From a virus, in the IMG/VR virus record IMGVR_UViG_3300046710_000057, positions 22,339 through 86,338 of that record: a stretch of 64,000 bases of DNA. One strand, 5' to 3'. Position 1 is the first letter of the stretch; each line of letters opens with the position of its first letter. A model generated the notes under the pieces. The model saw only the letters and a program-made list of their open reading frames with translations. It made no database searches and had not been told where the DNA came from. Shown here in pieces: positions 20,110 through 30,031 of this stretch. A program made the position numbers and the translations under genes.

Positions 20110-20584
20110 GTTGAAAATCAAACGGCTTCCAACCAGTCTTACCAATTGGTCTTTGCTTAGGTGATCTCCACCCTCGCTGCACTAGATCATACCGGAAGAA
20201 GTGACCGCCAGGGTATCCTTTGTCGTCTATCCAAAAGTGAAGTCGGCCCTTCGCATCAAAGAAGTGCTCACCATCGAAGAGCCAGTGTTGATTACAACGA
20301 GGACACAGAACAGTGCCGTCATCATTCCATCGAGCGATGCAAACGATTTGTCCTGGTCTGTCAAGCGATACATCAAAGCTGGTTCTATGGAAGCAATAGA
20401 ACAGAACAAATAGCTCTTCTATCTTCTTTCTGGTAGTACTTTCTACCGCTACAGGTTCAGAAGAGTTCCCATCTTCTTCGACAGTTCTTTTGTAGCCTTT
20501 CTTAGACGCAGCTTCAAGGCGTCTTGCAGCTTCCATTTCCTTCTTGGTGCGTCGATGCCGTTTTTTCTTTTCTTCTTCAGCCAT
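19874..20584 (-). CDS. Basic hypothetical protein with CPRC motif and AT-hook-like tail
   Basis: 236-aa ORF; ends KRRGRPPKMAG. Confidence 0.65.
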   Translation of the reverse strand: MAEEEKKKRHRRTKKEMEAARRLEAASKKGYKRTVEEDGNSSEPVAVESTTRKKIEELFVLFYCFHRTSFDVSLDRPGQIVCIARWNDDGTVLCPRCNQHWLFDGEHFFDAKGRLHFWIDDKGYPGGHFFRYDLVQRGWRSPKQRPIGKTGWKPFDFQHEFNDAIQILGPEIAVGASAFTSKAAERDIPVVTRRRVQNGKSRKSADGGLRKADSKPRKATGGSTGKRRGRPPKMAG

Positions 20585-20594
20585 TTGCTTTGCC

Positions 20595-22394
20595 TCACTT
20601 CAGGTGGGATTCGTCACCTGTAAGGATGTACTTCAGTTCATCTTCGGAGAACGTCTGAAGTATCTGCTCGTCTCCCATTATCTCATCGAAGATTTTTTTC
20701 TTGGTCTTGAGAATCTTCAAGACACGATCTTCGATTGTGTTATGACAGATCAGGTCAATGACACTGATGTTTTCAACACCTAAACGCTCAGTTTCTTTCC
20801 ATCCGTCACGGTCTGTTCTGCCGATTCTTTGCGCTACAGTGGCAGGATTGTAAGGCAGGTCGTAATCGACTACCCATCTAGCTGCTTGAAGGTTCAGTCC
20901 ATACTTACCTGCATCGGTCAGCAACAAGACAGCTTGCTTTGGGATTGAATTGAATCGCTTCTTGATCTCGTTGCGAGCGTTCTTGCTGGTGACCTTACCA
21001 CTGATGATCATGACTTCGACCTTATCGCCGAATCTTGCCTCAATATCCCTCTTGAGAATGGGAGTCATTCGCTCGAACTGAGTGAATACCAGAAACTTAC
21101 CTGGGTTCTCTGCTATCGCATCGAGTAATTCGTTGATTTTTCCAGAGCCTTTGATTGTATCGTCCATAAGTTCTGGAGAATCAACGATCTCACGAAGATA
21201 GATCATCTTAGTAATGACCGCAAACTTCGTTTGATAGTAGTCGCGCCCCCTCAGTGTCGTCAACATCTCAAGGGCTTGTAGGCTTTCCATTTCAATCTGA
21301 TCGTACATATCTTTCTGAGCAGGTAGAAGCGGACACAGCACTTGGTTGCGAGTAACCGGAGGTAGATCAGGCATAACGTCGCGCTTCTCACGCCGAAATG
21401 TCACTGGGTTCAGTTTGATGCGAAGTTCTTCTGCCTTGGTAGTTCCTTGTTGACCACCCCAAGGATTCTCCGACATATACTTCTTCTTGAACTTGAGGAG
21501 GTTACCAAAGATTGTTGGGTCTATGTACTCAAGGATGTTGAACAAGTCCTTGATCGAGTTTTCAATGGGCGTGCCGGTCAAAGCGAATCGGTACTTGGCC
21601 TTGATCGACTTTACGAGCGCGGAGGTTTGGCAACCTTGAATGACAGTGTTCCCCTTCTTATCTTGGACGAACTTGCCGGTTGTCTTAATGCGCTGAGCTT
21701 CGTCCAGGCCGACCAAATCCCACTTGATACTCTTGATAGTGGCGATGTCACATCGGACCTGTTCATAATTGGCTATCGTGATTAAGCGAGACCCCCACTG
21801 ATGTCTACGTTCGGCTGGTTCACCATCAACCACGATATAGTCGGCATACTGGTCAGGCACAAACTTGTCGATTTCATCTGCCCACTGGTACTTGAGAGTA
21901 GCAGGGGCGATAATCAGGATGCGTTCGATGTGTTCTTCGTCGGCAAGCTGAACGGCAGCCGAGAGGAACTGAGGAGTTTTTCCTAGTCCCATCTCATCGG
22001 CCAGCAATCCTCGTTCAACGTACCGTAGCCACCGAGCGCCTACAACCTGATAGGGATAGAGTGGTAGCTTGAGGTTTTGGATATTCAGTTGAGGGACTGC
22101 CTTTCCCTCTCGCATTGCACCGATGAGTTCTTGCCGAGCAATGTACGGCTTGATCGCTGAGTCTAACTCTTTACTAAGAGAGAAGTCAGGGTCGCCTACA
22201 CCCTTCAGATACTTGGTTATCTTCGTGTACGCATGAAACGAGAAGTAGAACTTCTGTGACTTTTGACCCCAGTGAGCGCCGTAGTAGTCCTCTCTCATAC
22301 CCAGTTCACGAGTAATCTGATTGAACTTCCTACCTTCGACTGCAAGAGAGATTATGCCTGGTGCAACAAGGTCCAGTGCTATCACGGTGCTCAC
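20595..22394 (-). CDS. SNF2-family helicase/ATPase
   Basis: LLADEMGLGKT, DEAQ, LTGTPIEN, GLNLQ, QRIGR. Confidence 0.93.
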   Translation of the reverse strand: MSTVIALDLVAPGIISLAVEGRKFNQITRELGMREDYYGAHWGQKSQKFYFSFHAYTKITKYLKGVGDPDFSLSKELDSAIKPYIARQELIGAMREGKAVPQLNIQNLKLPLYPYQVVGARWLRYVERGLLADEMGLGKTPQFLSAAVQLADEEHIERILIIAPATLKYQWADEIDKFVPDQYADYIVVDGEPAERRHQWGSRLITIANYEQVRCDIATIKSIKWDLVGLDEAQRIKTTGKFVQDKKGNTVIQGCQTSALVKSIKAKYRFALTGTPIENSIKDLFNILEYIDPTIFGNLLKFKKKYMSENPWGGQQGTTKAEELRIKLNPVTFRREKRDVMPDLPPVTRNQVLCPLLPAQKDMYDQIEMESLQALEMLTTLRGRDYYQTKFAVITKMIYLREIVDSPELMDDTIKGSGKINELLDAIAENPGKFLVFTQFERMTPILKRDIEARFGDKVEVMIISGKVTSKNARNEIKKRFNSIPKQAVLLLTDAGKYGLNLQAARWVVDYDLPYNPATVAQRIGRTDRDGWKETERLGVENISVIDLICHNTIEDRVLKILKTKKKIFDEIMGDEQILQTFSEDELKYILTGDESHLK

Positions 22395-22402
22395 CTTCTC
22401 TC

Positions 22403-22729
22403 TTACTGAGGTTCTGATGGAGTAACGAACTCCTTGATTTTGTCTTGTAGTGTTTCGTCGGAGACAAGGATAACGAGTACCCCTGTCAACAATCTGGTAA
22501 TTCTGTTCAGTTGGCGCGTGTTCGCAGACTCGATTTGACGAATCAATATGCCGCTCGCTGTATGCAGATACACCATCTTCTTGAGAAGATAGGCCGTTCT
22601 GACTAAAACGAGGAGTGACGCCAACAATGCTATAATGTTGACAACGAGAATGATTGTCATTTGGTTCTCCTCTGGAAAAGGTGAAAGCCCCAGCCCTGAT
22701 ACCAGGGCTTTCGATTCCTTATTCTTCAT
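22403..22729 (-). CDS. Hypothetical membrane protein
   Basis: Hydrophobic segment; probable start at 22660. Confidence 0.55.
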   Translation of the reverse strand: MKNKESKALVSGLGLSPFPEENQMTIILVVNIIALLASLLVLVRTAYLLKKMVYLHTASGILIRQIESANTRQLNRITRLLTGVLVILVSDETLQDKIKEFVTPSEPQ

Positions 22730-23795
22730 CTTCTTCGCTGACAGCTACGCTACTGTGATGTTCTTTGGACCTATGGGTAGCTCCGCAGGTTTCGCACCTT
22801 TCGATATGTGTGTCAACCACATCAAAGGCAGTACGCTGAAGGCGATGGCGACTCTCCCAGGGTATCTCAACGTTGTTTGCCGCACGAGTCAGGGCATTCA
22901 CGACGCCCCACATCGAATTGGCGATGTCCGGTTCAGCAGCCAGAGCTTCGATAGCCTGTTCAACGTCACGAGCAGGCAGCCTGAACTCTTCGCCAATACC
23001 TTCGATCAACAAATGAGGATACTCCACTGGGCGGTCAACAAGTTCCTTGAAGTGTTCGACATCTTCATCGAACTTGCCGACAGCGATCAGCACGCCTTCT
23101 CGGAGGATGTTCAGAAGGATTTCTGGGTTACCTGCCTGGGCAACCGTTTTGTTCTTCGTTTCCATCCTGGTCATACCGTTGGTGCAGATCAACCGCAAGT
23201 CCCAACTGCCGACGTAAGGAGTTGCCAGACCCTTCGGACTGGTGAAGACCTCGAACCCTGCCTTGATGATGTCACCAGCATCCGGTCGTACATTTGCTTC
23301 ACGCTGAGTGATGAATCGCATTATGTGACCGTCTGCTCGCTCAATGAACTCGTAGAGTTCAGCGTCATGAGCCTCTGCAATCCCAATCACTGTGTCGTAG
23401 ACATCAAGATCAGCAACAACAACCTGCCCAACAGGGACAATCGAGACAATGTTCTTGGCCCCTTCTTCACCGGTTCCGAGAACAACCTGTACCTGACCCT
23501 CAAGGCCAGTGAGGAAGTAGTTGACAACGTGTGCGGCCATATCATCGTCCATCGCATCGAGTAGCTCGGTCGATAGTTTGCGGTGAGCAATACCCAAGAC
23601 CGCAGCGTAAGCGTCAGGACTGAGAGGCCACTTGTGACTGACTGTTTTCTCGTGTTCTTTGCGATAGGCCAACTCAAGCAAAGGTAGACCCTCAACACGA
23701 CTGAAGTTCATCGTCTTGAACGAGACCATTTCGGTCTCAAAGTTCCCTTTGTCCCTGCGCAGCCTGTCAAGAACAACTTCCTGGTTGATTGACAT
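22719..23795 (-). CDS. DUF932-like protein
   Basis: RLICTNGM motif, WGVVNALT. Confidence 0.7.
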   Translation of the reverse strand: MSINQEVVLDRLRRDKGNFETEMVSFKTMNFSRVEGLPLLELAYRKEHEKTVSHKWPLSPDAYAAVLGIAHRKLSTELLDAMDDDMAAHVVNYFLTGLEGQVQVVLGTGEEGAKNIVSIVPVGQVVVADLDVYDTVIGIAEAHDAELYEFIERADGHIMRFITQREANVRPDAGDIIKAGFEVFTSPKGLATPYVGSWDLRLICTNGMTRMETKNKTVAQAGNPEILLNILREGVLIAVGKFDEDVEHFKELVDRPVEYPHLLIEGIGEEFRLPARDVEQAIEALAAEPDIANSMWGVVNALTRAANNVEIPWESRHRLQRTAFDVVDTHIERCETCGATHRSKEHHSSVAVSEEDEE

Positions 23796-23801
23796 TCTGA
23801 T

Positions 23802-24137
23802 TTACTCCTTGTCTATGCTCGTAATGATCGCCGGAAGTTGTATGTCCGACAAGCACTTGGTTGCATATTCTTCGGCGATCTTGTCCATGATCTCTTCCTC
23901 AAGCAGACGTTGTGAGTTACCACCACGCATTAGCATCATCATTCCGTATCGACTGAGTTCAACGAATGCAGTGAATGTCTCCCATTCGCCTCGCTTGAGA
24001 TCGGTCAATGTTCCGCTGACCGTAAGAATTGTCTTAGGATTCAACCCCTGAGTGTCTCGAATATCGAGATAAACTGTACAGCGTTGTTTCCTACCCATCG
24101 TAGACCTCCAAGGGAGAGAGTGGTGATACTTATTCAT
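23802..24137 (-). CDS. Hypothetical protein
   Basis: ORF in operon. Confidence 0.55.
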   Translation of the reverse strand: MNKYHHSLPWRSTMGRKQRCTVYLDIRDTQGLNPKTILTVSGTLTDLKRGEWETFTAFVELSRYGMMMLMRGGNSQRLLEEEIMDKIAEEYATKCLSDIQLPAIITSIDKE

Positions 24138-24157
24138 ACTCTCTCCCCCTCGATCTG

Positions 24158-25096
24158 CTAATCGGCGTCTCCAGTCCGTCGCTTTTCGATGGTTTGTTTG
24201 ATTTTGTCGATTCGTGACTGGACCCCAGGACTCAAGACCTTGGTAACTGTTGCTTTGGTTCCGACAACGACCTTTCGAGCGACCTTAACAGACGCTCTAG
24301 CCGATGTCCTTTGTGACCTCTTCATACCCCACAGCGAAGTAGTGTACTGCTTCGTTGTGATTACGCCGTTCTTGAGGTCTTCAAAGGCAGCAGGCGCAAG
24401 AGCACGATCTTCGTCAGAGATGTGCGAGATATACCGTGCTAACTTGTCCTCGTCTGACATCCGAACTCTGGTTGTCTTGATGAGTCCCATTCCCTTGCCG
24501 AGTCGAGTCCTTATGGCATCAAGCAGCTTGTACTCTGGACTGCCCACCTTCGTATGGGTCAGAGCAGGGATGTTCTGCTTTGTGACTCTGTGGAAATAGT
24601 GCGTGATGAAGTGCTCTTCATCAAACACCTTAACTTTGACACCATCAGGAACTTCGATCTTGTCGTCTGTCACGAGCCATATCTGCCACTTAGGACGGTA
24701 GTGAAGATCGACCTGCCGCATAACCGAGAGGAAGAACAGAGTCTCATCTGTGTTTGCAAAGATGAAGTAGCGACTCTCCTTCTCAGTAAACAGAGGGCCA
24801 TTGACCAGTCTGTTTCGGAGTTCCAAGTAGTTGACCGGCGTCTCTACTCCTTGGGCAGTAAGAGCGGCATGAGAATAGTTGACCATCTTTGCGATAGCCA
24901 GAGATTCTTCACAACTCTCTGGAATCACTGTGACACCTATGCCCCCTTTAGGGACTAGGTTTTCAGGCCAGAGATCGTGTCTCGCTTCTGATGTCGTCAT
25001 AACACCGAGAGCAGTAGCCATCGCCAAGATGTCATACTCGCCACTGTATACCTTACCTCCTTGTTCACCTTGATCGACTTCCAATTCGAGTATCAT
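24158..25096 (-). CDS. Hypothetical protein
   Basis: 312-aa ORF with GGAGG RBS. Confidence 0.7.
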   Translation of the reverse strand: MILELEVDQGEQGGKVYSGEYDILAMATALGVMTTSEARHDLWPENLVPKGGIGVTVIPESCEESLAIAKMVNYSHAALTAQGVETPVNYLELRNRLVNGPLFTEKESRYFIFANTDETLFFLSVMRQVDLHYRPKWQIWLVTDDKIEVPDGVKVKVFDEEHFITHYFHRVTKQNIPALTHTKVGSPEYKLLDAIRTRLGKGMGLIKTTRVRMSDEDKLARYISHISDEDRALAPAAFEDLKNGVITTKQYTTSLWGMKRSQRTSARASVKVARKVVVGTKATVTKVLSPGVQSRIDKIKQTIEKRRTGDAD

Positions 25097-25110
25097 TTTC
25101 CGGTTGCCTC

Positions 25111-25461
25111 CTACAAGTAGATTTGCTCAACGTTTTCCCACCTCAAATCATAGAGGAAGGTTCTGAACTCTTCTTCGTTTGTGCCGATTTTGATTTTGAA
25201 TATATCGTTGTCTTTACGAACGACAATCCAATAACCAACCAGTCGGTGAGTGAGTTTGGAGAAGCCAGGAGGTATGTATACAAACCCCATTGGCACGATG
25301 TTGTCGATGACTCTTGTTATGATGAGTGATTTGAGTCGTTCAGTATCCCAAGGAACAGGATTGAATGTAACAATCTGAACGAACACTCGCTCCGTCATCT
25401 TAGGAAGTAGTGGTCGCCCCACATCAGTTGCAATATCCGCTGCCACTTCTTCCGTGTCCAT
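25111..25461 (-). CDS. Hypothetical protein
   Basis: ORF in operon. Confidence 0.6.
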   Translation of the reverse strand: MDTEEVAADIATDVGRPLLPKMTERVFVQIVTFNPVPWDTERLKSLIITRVIDNIVPMGFVYIPPGFSKLTHRLVGYWIVVRKDNDIFKIKIGTNEEEFRTFLYDLRWENVEQIYL

Positions 25462-25465
25462 TTGC

Positions 25466-25711
25466 TTACCCTACTTTCTGTGTCGCATACTTGTCTCTGA
25501 TATGCGCAATGAAGAACTTGCCCTTTGATTCCTGAGCCATGAATTGATCGAATATCGCTTGAGAAACATCCTCATAGGTGTAGATTCCTCCGTGATGAAA
25601 CTCGACCACCAGCACAGAATACATTGGGTCGTATCCCACTGACCTGATGTTACTTGAAGTTACAGAGGTTCGTGGAATCTCCTGCCAATTCGGAAAAATG
25701 CCTTCTGTCAT
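25466..25711 (-). CDS. KTSC domain protein
   Basis: VTSSNIRSVGYD...LVVEF..GGIYTY..V...SKGKF. Confidence 0.9.
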   Translation of the reverse strand: MTEGIFPNWQEIPRTSVTSSNIRSVGYDPMYSVLVVEFHHGGIYTYEDVSQAIFDQFMAQESKGKFFIAHIRDKYATQKVG

Positions 25712-25929
25712 TTGACTTTACCCCTTTCATTTTACCCAGTTGAGTGTCTTCCCACTCGCTATTCGTCTAATCTTTCTCCTTTGGTCGATCATTGGTTGAT
25801 GCAATTCAGCCAATCGTGGAGCAATTGCATCCATACAAAACAACCAATGATGATGCAATCAGTCGCCTGTCTCACGCTCAGACGTATGCGCGTAGCTGAT
25901 AACCTCATGATGCAAACAATTTTCGGAAA

Positions 25930-26457
25930 CTATTGATTGGTTTGCGTGTTGTGCCACCTTTTACCATTGACAATTCGGCTAATTTGGACTTGAGACACTC
26001 CAAACATATCTGCTAATTGATATTGGTTGTATGTCTTTGCACCGTATAATCGGCGAATCTCAATGATCTGAGGCTCAGTCAACCTAGCAATGCCATTGCT
26101 CTCCCCACTGTTGTCTGGTATAACCAATCTACCCTTATTGTCTCTGTCATGCATGTTGTCTAAGTGAGTTCCAAGAAACAAATGAGCAGGATTACAACAA
26201 GGCGGATTGTCACAGGTATGAAGAACGTCTAGTCCTTTTGGAATTGGTCCATTAGTCAGTTCCCAAGCTACTCGATTTGCTCTTTGACCACGCAGTTGTG
26301 GACTTACAAAGAAATGACCATAGCCATCTTTATTGCGACCAGCTTGCCATTCCCAACAATCATCAGGATTGCCAATATGGACTTTGGACCAAAATCGTTG
26401 CGACATTGGAATGTTCATAACAGTGGTGTTACGAGGATTTGTGGATTCTAGTTCCAA
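25930..26457 (-). CDS. HNH homing endonuclease with C-terminal HTH (copy 1)
   Basis: RFWSKV, CWEW, LHTCDNPPCCNPAHL, DN..D. Confidence 0.9.
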   Translation of the reverse strand: MELESTNPRNTTVMNIPMSQRFWSKVHIGNPDDCWEWQAGRNKDGYGHFFVSPQLRGQRANRVAWELTNGPIPKGLDVLHTCDNPPCCNPAHLFLGTHLDNMHDRDNKGRLVIPDNSGESNGIARLTEPQIIEIRRLYGAKTYNQYQLADMFGVSQVQISRIVNGKRWHNTQTNQ

Positions 26458-26561
26458 CTTTTTACTAGGTTCCCCACCCCCTGAGCGAAAGGAGAAACTC
26501 TCAGGAGGTGGTTTGGGGGGCGGAACCTAGCTCACTGTCTACCACCGGCAGTAAGTCTTGA

Positions 26562-27122
26562 CTATTTTACTGTCTTCCATCTTCGACAGGTGTTTACGAG
26601 GGTCTGAATCTGATTGATTAGTTGCTTCAGATCATCGTCCGAATCCACAACCGCAAGAGCTTGTTCTTGCGCTTCGTATGCTCGCTTTTCTTGCGGTCGC
26701 TCTCGATACTTTGGTTTGCTGTTGAACTCCTCGCCGCTCTGATGATCGGCAGCGTGTTTGAACTCGTGGACCAAAGTCCCATATAGATTGAGCGCCAAGT
26801 CAGGATACATATTGAGTGGCGTGCCTTGATAGACACCTCTGGCGGTGGACATAGGAATGTAAGCTGTAATCCAACCTATGCAATCCGTGGTCTGAGCATA
26901 CAGTTTGCGCCAGCCGTGTTTATGTGTGTACGCTTGGCAGAACCAGCCGTGATTTTTTTTGCCTGCGGCAACTTTGACGGCTACTCCTTCGTGCTTTACA
27001 TCGACACGTTCAGCCGCTTTGAGCGCAAGCTGGTAGATCAGATTATCTGGGATTGGGGTTTCGTTAAACAGCTTCATACGTCCTCCATCCACACTCGGAT
27101 GTCCTTTCCGGTGAGTGTACAC
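26562..27122 (-). CDS. Putative zinc metalloprotease (HExxH)
   Basis: LVHEFKH...QEKRA. Confidence 0.55.
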   Translation of the reverse strand: MYTHRKGHPSVDGGRMKLFNETPIPDNLIYQLALKAAERVDVKHEGVAVKVAAGKKNHGWFCQAYTHKHGWRKLYAQTTDCIGWITAYIPMSTARGVYQGTPLNMYPDLALNLYGTLVHEFKHAADHQSGEEFNSKPKYRERPQEKRAYEAQEQALAVVDSDDDLKQLINQIQTLVNTCRRWKTVK

Positions 27123-28097
27123 TTTCCGAGCACTGGAATCTTTGTGTTGATAACGGTGTCGTCATCAATGGCCCCACTTGTGACCATATCACACAGCCGT
27201 CTGAGTGCTAGTGGCGCTTGTTCCTCGCACACTTGTCCACCTTGTCTGTCAAATGCAGCAACGCCACCTTGTTCAAAGATGTAGAGCGTTGTTACTTTGC
27301 TCATCATATTGCCCTTTCGTCCTCTTCTTTCATAGAGTCGAAACAACTCTTCTTGAGGACTGCGTATTTGCCGCCTGGGACATACTCTTGGACAAGAACA
27401 TCTTCGTCACTATCGCATACTTGTCCGCACCCACAACCGCAAGGTTTGCCCTTCATGCACTCTGGAAGTTTGAATACTATTAGGTCCATTTGACTCACCG
27501 CCTAACTGGAAAGTAATGGATATAGCTTGGCTGCTGTTTCAGGTCGCTTGTCAACAAGCCGATCAAACTCTCTTGGTCTCTGGACCTCGTTCAAAACTGT
27601 GATGTCTTCGTCACAATGAGGACAGACAACCATATCACGCATTGTGGGTAGGCCGTTCTCTATCGCGATGTATGCACGGTAGACGTTTTGACACCCCTTG
27701 CATCTGAAGAAGGCCATGTCGGTTAGAAGAAACAATCGCTTAGCCATTGGGTTCCTTTCTTACTTGCCTTTGACTGTTCCACAAACGGTGCATCGGCACT
27801 TGTTTTCGTCCTTGAGGACGTTGTGGACACGCAATCGCTTACCGTACTTCTTATCTTGGTAAGCATGTTCGCAGTTACATTCCTTGATTATTGTGTCTGC
27901 CATTATCTGCCCCATTCCTTTTCTTGAGATATTGGATACGTTTGGATTTGTAGTATGTCATCAAACTGTAGAGGAATATAATCGTGTCCTTGTTTGTAGA
28001 CGATCTTCCTCTCAGTAAGATTGATGGTAACGTCCGTCACGCCACGAATCTTTCGCGCTCCACCAACTTTTGTGATGACGACCAACACCATGTTCAT
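27074..28097 (-). other. Run of five small hypothetical CDSs (27074-27346, 27304-27498, 27502-27747, 27760-27903, 27903-28097), several with CxxC
   Basis: Abutting co-oriented ORFs; 27760-27903 (MADTIIKECNCEH...CTVCG) found manually. Confidence 0.6.
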
Positions 28098-28107
28098 TGT
28101 GTTCTCC

Positions 28108-28182
28108 TGGTAGCGCGACGGAGAGTTGAACTCCGACCAGGTGAGTGAAAGTCACCTATCCTATCCGTTGGACCACCGCGCC
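28108..28182 (-). tRNA. tRNA-Glu(TTC)
   Basis: Cloverleaf; anticodon arm GGTGA-CTTTCAC-TCACC; T-loop GTTCAA; encoded CCA. Confidence 0.95.
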
Positions 28183-28191
28183 AAAATTAAG

Positions 28192-28263
28192 TGGGCTTGG
28201 AGAGAATCGAACTCTCGACCCTTCGGTTAAAAGCCGTCTGCTCTGCCACTGAGCTACAAGCCC
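28192..28263 (-). tRNA. tRNA-Lys(TTT)
   Basis: GGGCTTG acceptor, TAGCTCAG, CTTTTAA loop, GTTCGATT; no encoded CCA. Confidence 0.92.
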
Positions 28264-28337
28264 TGGCTCCAGCGGCAGGACTCGAACCTGCGATGGGCGA
28301 TTAACAGTCGCCTGCCTTGCCACTTGGCGACGCTGGA
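28264..28337 (-). tRNA. tRNA-Asn(GTT)
   Basis: GGCGA-CTGTTAA-TCGCC; GTTCGAGT; encoded CCA abuts tRNA-Lys. Confidence 0.95.
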
Positions 28338-28342
28338 ACGAA

Positions 28343-28756
28343 TCACGAAGTCAATTGATAATCTTTTGCCCATCGTATTCTGACAACGTTATTGTTGAGA
28401 GGTGGGTCCACTCGAAGGCTACAATGAGACACCGGACATTCGCTTACTAGTATCGTGTACACCTTGTCAGTATCAGGGCAATACACAGCGAACATTTCAA
28501 TTTCACCTGTGTAGCTTTTCCGTTTTCCACCACGATGGGTATACGAACTTGATGCCGGAAACGTTATCACACCATCAACCAAGTTACCGGTTTTACACTG
28601 CACTCGTGTAAAGATTCCACCATCATCTATAACTAGGTCATACCGTTGATTATCGCCGAATGGAAGCAACACCACTTTACCTGCACGTATGAGTTCAGCT
28701 AAGATGATTGCTTGGCTTTTGTCTCCAACATCTTTTGTGTTCACAACAACTCCCAC
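28343..28756 (-). CDS. PD-(D/E)XK endonuclease, group I intron-associated type, free-standing
   Basis: GDKSQA..LAEL, RYDLVID, RVQCKTG. Confidence 0.85.
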   Translation of the reverse strand: MGVVVNTKDVGDKSQAIILAELIRAGKVVLLPFGDNQRYDLVIDDGGIFTRVQCKTGNLVDGVITFPASSSYTHRGGKRKSYTGEIEMFAVYCPDTDKVYTILVSECPVSHCSLRVDPPLNNNVVRIRWAKDYQLTS

Positions 28757-28760
28757 ATAT

Positions 28761-29005
28761 AAGCGGACTGGCGACCTGCGATTTTACCAGCAGCAGGATG
28801 CCGAACCTAATTCGACTTTTGGTTGTTTTACCTTGAGTGTCTTACCTCTGTAATCTCTCGGTGGTTTTTACTCGCCAGCCCTTATCGAAGAGAGCAAGAG
28901 AACCTACAGCATCGGAAGCAGTTCTCCGCTTGCACGCATTAACGAAGTTGCTAATCTCCGTCCGATTTCGCCCCTACTCACGTAAGATGCTCTCCTCAAC
29001 TCTGA
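28761..29005 (-). ncRNA. Candidate structured RNA with long-range pseudoknot
   Basis: No credible ORF; three 7-bp helices found by eye. Confidence 0.45.
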
Positions 29006-29008
29006 GTT

Positions 29009-29084
29009 TGGCTGCCCCACTACGACTCGAACGTAGAATCTCTTGGTCCAAAGCCAAGCGTGCTGCCAATTGCACCATAGGGCA
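29009..29084 (-). tRNA. tRNA-Gln(TTG)
   Basis: CTTGG-CTTTGGA-CCAAG; GTTCGAGT; encoded CCA. Confidence 0.95.
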
Positions 29085-29087
29085 AAG

Positions 29088-29258
29088 CTACTCCAGTGGA
29101 TTCTCCCACTGATCGTCAGTCAGCCAACGGATAGCTGCTTCGATTCCCTGCTCGTATGTCATACCAGGGTACTTGCTGCCGCCATCGTTGATCTGATCAG
29201 AACACTTATTCAGGAGGTCATCAACCTCTTCTTCTTTGCGGACTATCTCTGTACTCAT
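29088..29258 (-). CDS. Small acidic phage protein (not in ORF track)
   Basis: MSTEIVRKEEEVDDLL...YPGMTYEQGIEAAIRWL; GAGG RBS. Confidence 0.65.
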   Translation of the reverse strand: MSTEIVRKEEEVDDLLNKCSDQINDGGSKYPGMTYEQGIEAAIRWLTDDQWENPLE

Positions 29259-29443
29259 TTTTGTTCCTCTTGAAGACCAAGCGCCTTGATGATATACGAC
29301 TCAGGAACAATGTATCTCCTGCCAATCTTTGTTGCAGGGATAACACCATTCTTGACTGACGAGTAGGCGAGACAGCGTGAGATACCTAGCAGGGTGGCTG
29401 TCTCCTCAACGGTGAATGTTTGCTTTTCAATTGTGATTTGCAT
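29255..29443 (-). CDS. Excisionase-like HTH DNA-binding protein
   Basis: FTVEETATLLGISR...GVIPATKIGRRYIVP. Confidence 0.85.
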   Translation of the reverse strand: MQITIEKQTFTVEETATLLGISRCLAYSSVKNGVIPATKIGRRYIVPESYIIKALGLQEEQK

Positions 29444-29444
29444 G

Positions 29445-29888
29445 TTACTGGCCTGTCCCTCCATACTCGTAGGGAATGCCCCCCAAGTCCTTGAAAATCT
29501 TCATGATGAACCTTTGCGGTATTGCCGCCATGAACGACTTGTCGCGAACAAGAAGACGATACTTCTTGCCAGGAACGAGCTTCTTGTATATCTCGCCAGT
29601 CGTGACACACGTCTCGCCTTCCAGCGAAACAATGAAAAGCGTCTGATTGTAACTCACTGTAGCTGGCTCATTATTGATTGTATACGTCTTGATCGTCACT
29701 GGACGTTCCGTGATGAACTTGTAGGAAACCCTTCGATCAACAGTGTCCGTCCAATAGTGAGGGTCATACCAGAGTGAGTAGTCTGGCATATTGTCAATGT
29801 TGTTCTGTGGTACTTCACGAACAACTGCCTCTGCGTAGACTGACGTTACCATCAGCATAAACATAAAGACAAAGAGTGCTTGCTTCAT
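29445..29888 (-). CDS. Secreted hypothetical protein
   Basis: AAGGAG RBS then signal peptide MKQALFVFMFMLMVTSVYA; the ORF-track extension into tmRNA is unlikely. Confidence 0.65.
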   Translation of the reverse strand: MKQALFVFMFMLMVTSVYAEAVVREVPQNNIDNMPDYSLWYDPHYWTDTVDRRVSYKFITERPVTIKTYTINNEPATVSYNQTLFIVSLEGETCVTTGEIYKKLVPGKKYRLLVRDKSFMAAIPQRFIMKIFKDLGGIPYEYGGTGQ

Positions 29889-30031
29889 TCTAGTGCTCCT
29901 TGCATTCTTCCCATTCGTCGTTGTCCATCTGTCCATCTGTTGACGCCGCTTCACTTTACGTTTGGCCCAAGTCCGTTTGTGCCAATCACGCATATACGCT
30001 TTTTCGTCTTCTTCGTTCTTGTATGACATAT

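Noticed and set aside
28761-29005. RNase P RNA
   Set aside because: The 3' end UCCGCUUAU and a P4-like pseudoknot are suggestive, but GAGGAAAGUCC and ACAGAAC conserved regions are absent.
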